DNA from: an uncultured delta proteobacterium
GTDB lineage: Bacteria > Myxococcota_A > Polyangia > Haliangiales > Haliangiaceae
Assembly: GCA_963848295.1 (NCBI GenBank)
Contig: CAWKDB010000010.1
Location: 448,001 to 512,000, forward strand
Reading direction: 5' to 3'
DNA length: 64,000 nt
Both the position numbers and the translations under genes were made by a program. The notes under the pieces were generated by a model, which was not told where the DNA came from, did no database searches, and saw only the letters and a program-made list of their open reading frames with translations. Below, piece after piece: positions 20,971 through 33,500 of the stretch. Numbering within the stretch: position 1 is the stretch's first letter; each line of letters opens with the position of its first letter.

Positions 20971-21782
20971 CCGCCGTTGCATCGGAGCGCCTCAGCGCGC
21001 TGTGCACCGAGTTCCGGTTGCCAACACTCGCGAGCGAGCTCGTGTCGCGTCTCGTCGCCGCTGGGCACGAGGCACTGATCCCGCTCGTCGCCGAGATCTT
21101 CGAGCTCGAGGCTGGCGATCGCCGCGAGCGCCGCGTCGAACGGCTGCTGCGCCTGTCAAAGCTGCCACCGGGCAAGACGCTCGACACGCTCGACGAGGCG
21201 CGCCTGCCGCGTCCCCTGCTCCAGCAGGTCCGCGAGCTCGCGCGCGGCGAGTTTCTCGACCGCGCAGTCAACGTGCTCGCGTTCGGCCGCCCCGGTGTCG
21301 GCAAGAGTCACGTCGCCGCCGCGATCGGCCACGCGCTCGTCTCCTCGGGACGCAGCGTGCTGTTCGCGCCGACGTACCAGCTCGTCCAGGAATTGCTCGC
21401 GGCCAAGCGCGATCTCGCGCTGCCGCGTGCGCTCGCGAAGCTCGACGTGTTCGACCTGGTCGTCCTCGACGACATAGGCTACGTCCAGCAAGCGCCCGAC
21501 GAGATCGAGGTGCTGTTCACGCTGCTGGCCGAGCGGTACGAGCGGCGTAGCGTTCTGATCACGTCGAATCTTGTGTTCAGTGAGTGGGACCAGATCTTCA
21601 AGAACCCGATGACGACCGCAGCGGCGATCGATCGGCTCGTTCACCACTCGACGATCCTCGAGTTCGCCGTGCCGAGCTACCGCTCGGAGCGTGCCGGCAA
21701 GCCGACCGAGCCGCCGTCGACGTCGAAGGCGAAGACCAAGGCCGCGAGCGCTGCAGCGAAAGCGCGGAGGAAGACCAAGTGA
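20967..21782 (+). CDS. istB: IS21 ATPase IstB
   Basis: GRPGVGKSH, LVVLDDIGY, ERYERRS..ITSN, AAIDRLVHH; ATGA overlap with istA and GGAGG RBS. Confidence 0.95.
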   Translation: MTAVASERLSALCTEFRLPTLASELVSRLVAAGHEALIPLVAEIFELEAGDRRERRVERLLRLSKLPPGKTLDTLDEARLPRPLLQQVRELARGEFLDRAVNVLAFGRPGVGKSHVAAAIGHALVSSGRSVLFAPTYQLVQELLAAKRDLALPRALAKLDVFDLVVLDDIGYVQQAPDEIEVLFTLLAERYERRSVLITSNLVFSEWDQIFKNPMTTAAAIDRLVHHSTILEFAVPSYRSERAGKPTEPPSTSKAKTKAASAAAKARRKTK

Positions 21783-22148
21783 TATTCGACGCGCGACTCA
21801 CCCCAACGGTGGCGTCAACTACAACGCCGGCGCGGTCGCCGTCGGCGTCATTCACCCTGGGCTCGGGGACCGGCAAGAGTAGTTGTCGTATGCCGGCAGA
21901 TCTAGTTGTCGTTGATCACGGCCGGAGCTTCCGCGATGGACGAGTCGGAATTCTTCCCGGACCGATGGGAGATTCTCCGGATGTCCGCGGCGAACAAGCC
22001 GAGCCGAGCTCGGGCCCCGATGGGCAAGCGCAGCGCCGCATCGCATCGCGCACTCAAACGCGATCCATCGACATCGCATCGAGCGTTGCGAAGCCTTCGC
22101 GTTCAGCTCCGCCGCGGTCGCGGCCGCTCGCAGAGTCGGCGCGGAAGG

Positions 22149-23264
22149 TCACGGTGGCGTGTAGGTCGTCGAGCTCCACGCGCCACCGCTCCACATCTGA
22201 TCGATCCACGGCAACGACGCGGCGGCCAGCGCCGGATCACTCTCCACGACGTGGCACGGATGCGTATCGGGATCGCAGTCGGCCTCGTCGACGATGTACG
22301 TGGCCGCATTTGCATCGCCGGCCAAGCTCGCCGCGAACGCATCGATCGCGGCGGTGTAGTCCGCGGGCGTCGCGAAGTTGTAGCGCTCCGAGATCGTCGT
22401 ATCGTAGGCGTAGAGCAGAAACCCGAACCGGCTCGCGGGTTGGAGCGCGCGGGCGGCGGCGTAGACCGCATCGTACGTGTTGCACGGGCTCGCACATCCA
22501 ACGGGCGGGACGAACCCCCACACCGCGAGCGAGCCGTTCTGGGTCGCGTTCGGTGCCAGGATCGGAGGTCCCGAGTCGTCGATCGCGTCGACCGGAACGT
22601 CGAAGGTTCGTGCCACGGTGTCGTAGCCGAGCACCGTGCCATAGCCGCCCGCGCTCGCGCCGCTGAGATAGATCCGGGTGACGTTCGGGAAGGTCGGGAC
22701 CAGCCGATCGAGGAAGATCGAGAGGTCGCGTGCGCCCCAGAACCACGTCTGTGTGGGAGTCCCGCCGACCGACAGGTCGACCTCCTGCGAGCCGGCATGC
22801 AGATCACCGGTACAGTACGGGACGAAAACCATGTTCGCCGCGCGCATCGGGTTGCCCGTATTGCTGCGATCCAGCACCGGAAAAGCCGGCGGGCCCGCGA
22901 CCGCAAACTGGTTGGCGCCATAACCGGTCAGGAACGTGGCCGTCGGCGACGATCCCCAGCACGAATCCCCGGTGGCGCACTCGCCGCCGCCCTGGAGATA
23001 GATCACGAGCTCGGTCGCGCCGTCGTGCGGGTTGATCCCGATACCGGTCGGCGTGCCAGAGGCGCACTTCGAATCGGGAAAGTCGACCCACGTCCACTGA
23101 TCCGAGGGCGCGGAGATCGGCTGGGGGCCGGCATCGGTCGAGATGCTCGCGTCGGCGACCGCATCCGGGCCCGCAGCGCCGCCGTCCGCGACCGCGCTCG
23201 AATGCGTGCCGCAACCGATCATCAGCGCGCCGCCGACAAGACCGAGGTACTTGATCGTTCCCAT
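22149..23264 (-). CDS. Pectinacetylesterase/Notum-like lipoprotein hydrolase
   Basis: IYLQGGGEC, VFVPYCTGDLHAG, nucleophile SGASAGGYG, DDSG; lipobox MIG-C. Confidence 0.85.
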   Translation of the reverse strand: MGTIKYLGLVGGALMIGCGTHSSAVADGGAAGPDAVADASISTDAGPQPISAPSDQWTWVDFPDSKCASGTPTGIGINPHDGATELVIYLQGGGECATGDSCWGSSPTATFLTGYGANQFAVAGPPAFPVLDRSNTGNPMRAANMVFVPYCTGDLHAGSQEVDLSVGGTPTQTWFWGARDLSIFLDRLVPTFPNVTRIYLSGASAGGYGTVLGYDTVARTFDVPVDAIDDSGPPILAPNATQNGSLAVWGFVPPVGCASPCNTYDAVYAAARALQPASRFGFLLYAYDTTISERYNFATPADYTAAIDAFAASLAGDANAATYIVDEADCDPDTHPCHVVESDPALAAASLPWIDQMWSGGAWSSTTYTPP

Positions 23265-23277
23265 CGCCTGTTCGGAA

Positions 23278-23293
23278 CGCAAGGTTCGCGCCA
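23278..23293 (-). promoter_or_regulatory. sigma54 -24/-12 promoter
   Basis: TGGCGCG-AACC-TTGCG; predicted +1 ~23267, ATG at 23264. Confidence 0.68.
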
Positions 23294-23403
23294 CGCATCG
23301 TTCGGCCGAGGCAGCCCGACCATCGCGGACACTGGTACCGCCGGGTGCCACCGCCGCGAGCTTGGCCTGATCTGGTGATACCCGCGTGTACCGCGCGCGG
23401 TCA

Positions 23404-24060
23404 TCAGCCGCGGCGAATCACGGTCGTCAGGTACGCGATGTACACCATCGACGCCCCGGCGATCGCCTTCTGCGAGATGACGAGCAGCGCGAACCCGCGC
23501 TCGCCATGCAGCTCGAACCCGAACACCACCAGCACGAAATAGCTCAGCACGAGCGCGAGATACACGACGTTCGCGGCGAGTCCCCCGGCGCGATTGCGGC
23601 CCATCACGATCGTCAAGCTGATCGCGTAGCCGAGCAGCGCGCCGAACGCCGCGACCACGATGCGGTTGTGGAGCGCGAAGTTGACGTCGACCGGAACGGC
23701 CGGGATCGCCGCGAACGCCGCCCCGCTGGCGGTTCCGAACAGCGCGCTCGCGATGCCCGCCGCTCGCGCCTTGCCGAGCCGGTACGCGAACGCGCGCCAC
23801 GTCCACGCGAACGCGACGAGTGCGCCGCCGAGCGTGACCATCGCGATCGTAAACAGCGCTTGCGAGACGTGGTTCGGCTCGCCGCGGAACACGTGGGTCG
23901 CTCCGAGGTCGCTGAGGAAGTTGCGGCTAAGCAGATAGCGCGACCCGCGGGGATCGAGCCAGGTGCCGCCCGGGTAGACGACCATCGCCACCGCGATCAG
24001 GACCACGAACTGGATCGCGGCGTAGCGCAGAAACCCGGCGCGCCGGTAACCGCGGACCAT
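23404..24060 (-). CDS. Multi-pass membrane protein (DUF998-like)
   Basis: YPGG...Y....NFLSDLG motif and about six hydrophobic helices. Confidence 0.75.
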   Translation of the reverse strand: MVRGYRRAGFLRYAAIQFVVLIAVAMVVYPGGTWLDPRGSRYLLSRNFLSDLGATHVFRGEPNHVSQALFTIAMVTLGGALVAFAWTWRAFAYRLGKARAAGIASALFGTASGAAFAAIPAVPVDVNFALHNRIVVAAFGALLGYAISLTIVMGRNRAGGLAANVVYLALVLSYFVLVVFGFELHGERGFALLVISQKAIAGASMVYIAYLTTVIRRG

Positions 24061-24433
24061 GCCGCATCGTACCGGGCGATCTGGTCCGGCGACAGTCCGC
24101 TACTTGTTGAGCTCGAGCATCGCGCCGAGCTCGGCCTTCGCGCGCGGGTACTTGGCATGGATTCCCGGCGTACGAGCGCCCGCGTTCGCGCCGGCGCCGA
24201 GCCCGGTCGCGATCTCGCTGCCGACATCGATGACCGCCGAGCTCTCGAGCATCATCGCGTCGGGCGACCGCCCGTCGAAGCTCGCGCAATCGGCGCTGAC
24301 CTGCGCTCGCGCCGATCGTAGCACCGCGGCCGTCGAGGACCGTGTCTAGTTTCGCGTGGTTGTGACGGGCCCTGCTTTACTCGAGTCCGTCGCCCGGCGT
24401 ACCATCAAAGCCAGCGGGTGCTCTGAGCGCACG

Positions 24434-26096
<1,663 letters not shown>

Positions 26097-26103
26097 CGGC
26101 GCG

Positions 26104-26934
26104 TCACGGCGAAGGCGGCAAGCGATAGACGAGGGTCTCCTCGGTACATACCGGTACCGGCTTGTCGATGACGTGAAACGGCTTGTAGGTCCACTTCCGC
26201 ATCGCGGCTTCGAGCGCGTGGTCGTATGCGGGGAAGCCGGTGGCTTTGATCCGGGTCACGGTCGTCACCGCACCGGCGTCATCGATGCACAGCTTCCACG
26301 ATCCGACCACGGTGGTCTTGCCGGACGCGTTGATCGCCTTCGTCATCGCGGCATCGGGCGGAATCGTCGCGGTCCCCGACAGGCGATTCTTCTCGAGCAG
26401 GCCTGGTGCGACGTCTTGTCCCGACGATGGCGGCGGTGCGGCGTGCCTCGCGCACATCGGGCTCGGATCGCCCACGGTGCCATTGAGCTCTCCCTCGAGC
26501 GGCGTGAGCTTGAGCCCGGTGATCTTGTACGGATGTGCGGCGCCGAGCCGCATCGTAAGGGCGACCTCGTAGTCTCCGACGACGAGATTCGACGTACAGA
26601 CGTCAGCCGCGACCGAATCGTCGAGCTTCTCGATCAGCGGCGGCTGCTCGACCATTAGCTCGCCGAGCTCGAGCTCGCCGAAGCACTTCGCGAGCTCCGC
26701 GAGCTGCTTCTTGTCCGTGATCGTCTTGTCGCCGGAGAACGCCTTCGTGCACGCCGAAGATCGAAACGTCAGGCCGACGGCGTGAAACGGTACTGCGACT
26801 GCCTTGGCGAGGTACGCCGTGTCCGGTTTCGCGAGTGCGATGGAAAACGCGACGTCCTCGTCCTTGGTCTCGTCGGCCCGTGCCGACCCCGGCAGCAACC
26901 CAACGAGCACAAACCACAGCCACCTACTCGTCAT
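26104..26934 (-). CDS. Exported protein with a C-terminal TonB_C-like domain
   Basis: Signal peptide (SARA); C-terminus KLCIDDAGAV...TGFPAYD..LEAAMRKWTYKP. Confidence 0.68.
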   Translation of the reverse strand: MTSRWLWFVLVGLLPGSARADETKDEDVAFSIALAKPDTAYLAKAVAVPFHAVGLTFRSSACTKAFSGDKTITDKKQLAELAKCFGELELGELMVEQPPLIEKLDDSVAADVCTSNLVVGDYEVALTMRLGAAHPYKITGLKLTPLEGELNGTVGDPSPMCARHAAPPPSSGQDVAPGLLEKNRLSGTATIPPDAAMTKAINASGKTTVVGSWKLCIDDAGAVTTVTRIKATGFPAYDHALEAAMRKWTYKPFHVIDKPVPVCTEETLVYRLPPSP

Positions 26935-26963
26935 GGCGAGTAGCATAGCACGCGCTCGGCTGA

Positions 26964-27380
26964 CTAGCGCTTGCAGTCGCGCAGCTGGAAGTCGAGGTGC
27001 GGCGAGTCTTCGCCGTCGCCGAACGCGTACCAACCGCGCGCGTGATGGTGGCCCTTCTCCATCTCGAGCCGCACCTTGCCGCTGCGTTGGCCATCGCGGC
27101 CCTCGAACCACCGGCCCTTCATCACGATGACGTCCTCGCCATCGCCCTTCTCCTTCTCGAATACCTTCAGCTCGAGCTCGCCGTGGTGATGGTCGTACTT
27201 GATGTGAACGCGGTTGCCGTCCTGGGCGTCGACCCATGCGCGGTACCACTGCCAGCCGCCGTCCTTGTCACGCAACCCGGCCTCGAGGCACTCGTCGGCG
27301 GCGTGCGCCTGCTTCGGCGCGAGACTCAACGCAGCGACTAAGACTCCCGACGACAACACGATCTTCGCGATGCTCTTCAT
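26964..27380 (-). CDS. Small secreted beta-rich protein
   Basis: Signal peptide ending AHA; GGAGGG RBS; GC3-biased frame. Confidence 0.75.
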   Translation of the reverse strand: MKSIAKIVLSSGVLVAALSLAPKQAHAADECLEAGLRDKDGGWQWYRAWVDAQDGNRVHIKYDHHHGELELKVFEKEKGDGEDVIVMKGRWFEGRDGQRSGKVRLEMEKGHHHARGWYAFGDGEDSPHLDFQLRDCKR

Positions 27381-27549
27381 AGCCAAGCCCTCCTAGAGCT
27401 GTAGCTGCGAAAGCTATCGCAGCGTCGCGCGGGTCGGCGCGCGCAGCTACGAAAAACGGCTTCTTCCCAAGCGAGTCCGCAGCGCGCACCCACTATCAAG
27501 CGAGCGCGGCTAAGCAGCGCGAGGAGTTCGAGCGCAGGGAAGAAGCGCC

Positions 27550-27578
27550 TTCGCGCCAGCCCGCGGTCTCGTGACCAC
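27550..27578 (-). repeat. Dispersed repeat, inverted copy of 41277..41305
   Basis: Reverse complement GTGGTCACGAGACCGCGGGCTGGCGCGAA vs GTGGTCGCGAAACCGCGGGCTGGCGCGAA (27/29 identical). Confidence 0.7.
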
Positions 27579-27589
27579 GCCGTTCTGCA

Positions 27590-30500
27590 CTAACCGGCGA
27601 TCGTCAGGCCCATTTGGGCGCGGACCGCGAAGAACTCTTCGCTGATCGAGTACAGGACGAGCTCTTTGATCTTGTCCTTGACCTGCGGGCCGCCGACGGT
27701 GACCGGCTCGCTCGAGATCATCCGCGCCGCGACCTCGAGATCACCGCACACGACGAAGCCGGCGCGATGCGACACCGCGTCGACCGCGTGGCCCCACTTC
27801 GCGAGGTTGATCTCGGGCGCCGCTTGCACGAACCGCGAGACGACCGCGCCGAGCTGCTCGAGCGCGTGCGGAGGCATGCGCTTCTGCATCTCCGGCACGT
27901 ACTGGCCGACGAGCTGGACGGTGTCCGGCGGGACCGGGAACCGCGGCTGCAGCATCACGATCGCCGACAGCACGACGACCTTGAGCTCGGTGTTCGTCGG
28001 CAGCAGCATCTTTAAGTAATACTCCGGCCGCATGAACGCGAGCCGGCGCGCCGACAGGAACGCGATCTCGCGCTCGCTCCGGCCCTGGAGCAGATGCTGG
28101 CGCACGACGAACGACGGGCACAGCTCGCTCTTCTCCATCGCGTTCGCGAGCTGGATGTCGGCGGGCTTGTTGTCGTCGACGAAGAACACCTCGGGCAGGC
28201 GCACGTTGAGCACCTGCGCGACGTAGTAGAAGATCTTCGAGAACATCAACGGATCGCCCTGGAGCTGACGGCGGTCCTTGCGCTTGATGCCGAAGTCTTT
28301 GTGCGGCGCGCCCTTCATCGCGGCGACGCCTTCCCAACACGCACCGAAGATCGCGCTGATGTAGCGGTTCTCGTCGGTGTGGACGAGCTTGGCCCACGTC
28401 TCGCCGCTCATCATGTTCTTGGCCTTCACCAGGCCACGCGGCTTGTACTGCTCGTAAAACTGGACCTCGTCTTGGTCCGCCTTCTTGAGGAACGAGAGCG
28501 TGTTGCAGACGCACCAGGTCTTGTCGTACTGGTGCGTGTCCATGTAGATGCGACGCAGCGCCTTGTACGAGTCGTACTTGAACGGCTCGTTGCGGAGCAT
28601 TCGCATGTGCTGGGCGACGGCTTTGTCGGTGTAGTCCGGGCCCGCGACCAGGTAGAGCTCGGCGAGGATCTCGGCGCGATCGGTGCCGTCCGCGCGCAGC
28701 TCGTTGTTCGGATCTAGCTGCTGCGCGATCTCGTACGCGCCGGTCGCCGACTGGTACTGCTTGAGCCGGCTGCGATAGATCTCGCCGAGGCCGTCGAACA
28801 GACCGACCTGGAGCTTCTTGAACACCTGGTTGTTGGTCTGCTGCGGGATGCGCCGGATCATGTCGCGATAAGCGCGTTGCTGCGCGTTCCAGTCGCGCTT
28901 GGTCGTGAGGATCTTGTCGATCGCTTCGAACGAGCGCAGCGCGCGCGGCACGGCCGCATCGGTCAGCTTCTCGGGGCTCGCGAAGTAGCTATCGAGCGCC
29001 TTGTTGAAGTAATCGATCGCCTCGTCGAGCGACTTGAGCTCGTCGCGACACACCGCGGCCGCCGCGTAGTAGTACGCACCCCGCGTCGAGCCGTTCGGCT
29101 CGAGCGCGATGAACCGCTCGATCGTCTCGACCGCCTTCTTCCACTGCTTGGTCTCGGTGTAGAGGTCCAGGACCTTCTGCAGCAACTGGTGATCGTCGGC
29201 GGTGACCTCGAGAGCCTCGAGATACGCGGCGGTCGCCTTCTGTGGATTTTGCAGCTTGTCGTGGTAGATGCCGCCGATCTCGTCGAGCAGCTGGGTCTTC
29301 TCTTTGGTATCCGCGGTCTGCATCAGGCCGCGCTTCGCGTGGACGACCGCTTCCCAGTCGCCCTGCTGCTGTTGCAGATCGATGACCGCTTCGAGCGTCT
29401 CGCGATGGTGCGGATCGATCTCGAGCGCCTTCTCGAACATGTTGAGCGCCTTCTTGCGCTCGCCGAGGGCCTGCCGCACCGCACCGAGGCGGTTGTAGAT
29501 GCGGACGACTTCCTTCTCGTCTTGACCGTCGCGGTGCTGGACCAGGATCGTCTGGTAGATCTTCCCGGCGTTGTCCCAGTCCTGCATCTTGAACAGCAGG
29601 TCGGCACGGCCGATCAGCGTCGGCAGGTACGTCGAGTCGATGTCGTACGCGGCCTTGTAGTAGCCGATCGCCTTCTGGAAATCGCCGAGCTCGTCGGCGG
29701 TCTTCGCGGCGCGGTAGTACAGCTCGTTGAGCTCGCGCGGATCGGCATGGAGCTGACCGACCTTGCGCGACAGCATGTCGATCACCGGTGACAGATCCGT
29801 CCACTGCTGACTGTTGAACAGCAGCTCGGCGAGCGGACGGCCCGCTTCGACGTGCTCCGGATCCAGCGAGATCACCGCGGTGTACAGCGCTTTGGCCTGG
29901 TCGTCCTGCTGGAGCCGGAACTGGTAGATCTGCGCCGCCTCGAACAACAGCGGGACCTTATCGATCACGACCGGCGTGTAGCTCTCGGCGCGCACCATCA
30001 TCTGGGCCGCCTTCAACCAGTCGCCGCGGTCGGAGTACTGCTTGGTCAACGCCTCCATCGCGGGGACGTGCGCCGCGTCGAGCGAGAGCGCGCGCAGCAA
30101 GTTCGCCTCGGCGCCGTCGGCGTCGGCGAGCTGGCCGTACTGCAACCGGCCCATCCGGGTATAGAGGTCGACCTGCTTGCGCGGATCTTGCGCGAGCTGA
30201 ACGAGCCGGGCCATCGCGTCGGTCGCGCGGTCCCACTCGCTGATCTTCTCGTACAACCGACCGAGCGCATCGAGCGCGCGTTGGTCGTCGGCATCGAACG
30301 ACAGCACGTCGTTGTACGCCTCGATCGCGCGATCGATGTCCTGGAGCTGGCCCTCGTAGACCTGGCCCATCGCGACGTAGAGATCGACGCGGGTCGCGAC
30401 GTCCGACGTCGCCATGATGTAGTTGCGGTAGGTCTCGACCAGCGATTCCCACTTGCCGGCCTGCTGGTACAGGCGAGCGAGCTCGCGATACGCGCTGTAG

Positions 30501-33500
30501 TTGCGCTGATCGATCGCGACGATCTTCTCGAGCGCCTCGGCCGCGCGGTCGAGCTTGCCAAACCGCTCTTCCCACGCCGCCGCCATGCGCTCGTAGAGCG
30601 AGACGCGCTCGGCGTCCGAGCCCGAGACGTCGAGCTGGGCCTCGAGGACCTCGAGGTACTTCTCGGATTGCTCGGTCTTCTCGTACAGACCTTCGAGCGC
30701 GCGCAGCGCTTGCAGGTTCGACGGATCGGTGTCGAGCACCTTCTGGTACGCGCCGATCGATTGGCCGGCGTCGAACAGGCGCAGGTCCCAGATCTGGCCG
30801 ATCTCGAGCCGGAACCGGACGATCTCGCCGTCGTCGGTCGACATCTCCGCGCGCCGCGTCAGCACGTCGATCAACGGCTCCCACTGCTCGGTCCGGCGGT
30901 ACAGCCGATCGAGCGCGCCGAGCGCGGTCGCCGACGCCTTGCTGAAGACCAGCGCCTGCTGGTACGCGTGGATCGCGCCGCCGACGTCTTGCATCTGGCG
31001 CTCGAGCAGCTCGGCGAGCTGGATGTAGAGATCGGTCTTCTTGCCGGGGTCGGGCTCGACCGCGGCGTGGCGTTGCAACGTCTCGATCAGCTCGCCCCAG
31101 CTGCCGCGCTTGCGCTGCAGGTCAGCCATGCCGCCGAGCGCGCCGGTGTGCGCCGGGTCGATGCGCAGCGCTTGCTGCACCGAGTGGATCGCATACTCGA
31201 GATGCGACAGGTGATCGCTGTACCAACGGCCGATCTTGACCCACAGGTCGGCGGCCGCACCGCGATCCTCGCGCTCGAGCTCGTTGACGCGGTTCGTGTA
31301 CTCGTCGAGCAGCTCCTGCCACCGGTTCGTGGCGGTCGCGAGCCGTTCGAGCTCGGTCGCGGTCTGGTCGTGCGAGTAGTCGCGCTTGAACGCGGCTTGC
31401 AGCACGTAGAACGCGCTCTCCTGATCGCCGATCTCGGTCTCGTAGATCTTCGCGACCTGGTTGAGCATCTGGATCTGCTGCTCGACATCGGTGACGAGCT
31501 CGCTGCGCTCGAGCAAGATCTCGACGAGCTCGGTCCACTTGTACTGTTGGCGATAGATCGCCTCGAGTCGCTCCGACGCGGTCATGTTCGTCGGGTCCGA
31601 GCTGCGCACGCGCTCGTAGAGCTGCGCCGCTCGCGTCAGATCCTCGACCTTCTCTTCCCACGTCGCGGCGGCCTGGAGCAGCGTATTGCGGCGTTCGACC
31701 TCGTCGTCGAGCACGAGCGCGCGCTTCTCGAGCACGTCGATCGCCTCTTCCCACCGGCCTTCGCGCACGAACAGGCCCTCGAGGGCTTGCAGCGCTCGGA
31801 AGTCGGACGGATCGATCGCGATCACGTTGCGCCAGGCTTGGACCGCTTCGTCGACGCGGCCAAGCACGTCGCCTTCGAGCTGACCGAGCTGAGCGTACAG
31901 CTCGATCGTCTCGGACTCGCTGATCTCGTTGTCGGCCGAGATCTGGCCGACATCGATGATCCGCTTGATCGTCTGCGACAGCTCGTCCCACGACTGCGTC
32001 GAGCGGTACAGCCGCGCCAACGAGCGCAGCGTCTCCAGGTCGTTGCCGTCGATCCGATCCGAAGCGAGCCACGAATCGAGCGCGTTGCGCTCGCGACCGA
32101 GCTTGTCTTCCCAGATCTTGCCGAGCCGCTTGTACAGCACGATCTGGTCTTGATCGCCCGGGGCGACCGCGATCTGCCGCTCGACGATCTCGACGAGCTC
32201 TTCCCATTTTTCGCGACGAGTCGTGAGGTCGGCGAGGGCCTGCAACGCCTGGGGCTCTTCCCCGCGGATGTCGAGCACGCGTCCGAGCAGCTCGATCGCC
32301 TTGTCTTCGTCGTTGAGCGCGTCGGAGCTGATCCGCGCCATCCGGGCGTAGATGTCGGCCATCTCCGCATCGGTCTCGGCGGTATCGATCAGCTTCTCGT
32401 AGGTCTCGAACAGCTTCTTCCAGTCCTCGCGGCGGAAGTGGATGTTCTCGATCGCTTCGAGGGCGCGGCGATTGCGGCTCTCTTGCGCGAGCACCGCCTC
32501 GTACGCCTTGAGCGCTTGCTCGAGATCGCCGAGCGCGTCGCTGAAGATCGCGCCGCGGCGGAAGTACAGCTCGAGTTGCTCGTCGGGATCCTGGCTGACT
32601 TCGATCCGGCGGCGCAGGATCTCGGCGAGGTCGTCGTACATCCCGGCGTTGAGGTACAGCCGGTCGAGGGCGGCGAGCGCATCGGGGTCTTTCGGCTCGA
32701 GCTCGACCACCCGCAGGTGGGTCTCGACCGCTTTGGCCGCGTCGCCCAGCTCGAACTCGTGAACCCGCGCGGTGCGCAGCAGGGTCGCGCGCCGCACGTC
32801 TTTGTCGCTCGCCTTGTCGAGTGCGCGAGTGTAGACCGCGACCATCGCGTCCCACGATCCGGTCTCGTTCGCGAGGCGCTCGGCCTGTTCGAGCGCGTGA
32901 TCCCACCGCGGATCCTCGACGAGCGCGTCGCCCCACCAGCGGAATGCGGTCGCTTGATCGTAGAGCTTGGACTCCGCGAGCTCGGCGAGGCGCTGATACA
33001 TCGCCTGGCGATCCGGGCCGACCAGCTTCGTGAGCTGGACCTCGTGGATCCCGTGCAGCTTGTGGAACTCGCCCGCCGCCTCGTACAGCGGCTCGAGCAC
33101 GCCGCCGATGTCGATCTGGAGATGGCCGGCGTGGAACATGTGCTCGAGCGACGCCAGCGTCTGCTCGTGCGTCGGGTTGGCGCTCAGGATCTCGCGATAG
33201 ACCTCTACCGCGCTCTTGCGATCGCCGAGCTGGGTCTCGAGCACCTGGCCGAGCCGGAACTGCAGCTCCGCGATCTGCGCGTCACTGTCGGCCGAATCAG
33301 ATAGTTGGATCTCGCGACGAATGATGTCGGTGAGCTCGGGCCACTGCGCGGTCGCGCTGTACAACCGATCGAGCGCGAGCACGGCCGGCTTGTTGTCGAA
33401 CTCGACTTCGAGGATCTTGCGATGGGTCGCGATCGAGCGCGTGACATCGCCGAGCTCTTGTTCGTAGACGCGCGCGAGCCGCGTGTAGATGTCGACCTGA

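Larger units (their letters stand above)
19389..21918 (+). mobile_element. IS21-family insertion sequence (~2.53 kb)
   Basis: TG...CA ends; ~54 bp imperfect terminal inverted repeats, each with two CGACAACTA sub-repeats; istA and istB inside. Confidence 0.93.

Noticed and set aside
21919..22148. Possible gene disrupted by IS21
   Set aside because: No convincing ORF is restored by joining the two flanks.
24100..24324. 74-aa minus-strand ORF with a coding-like 3' end
   Set aside because: No recognisable domain or convincing start; may be a gene remnant but cannot be supported.
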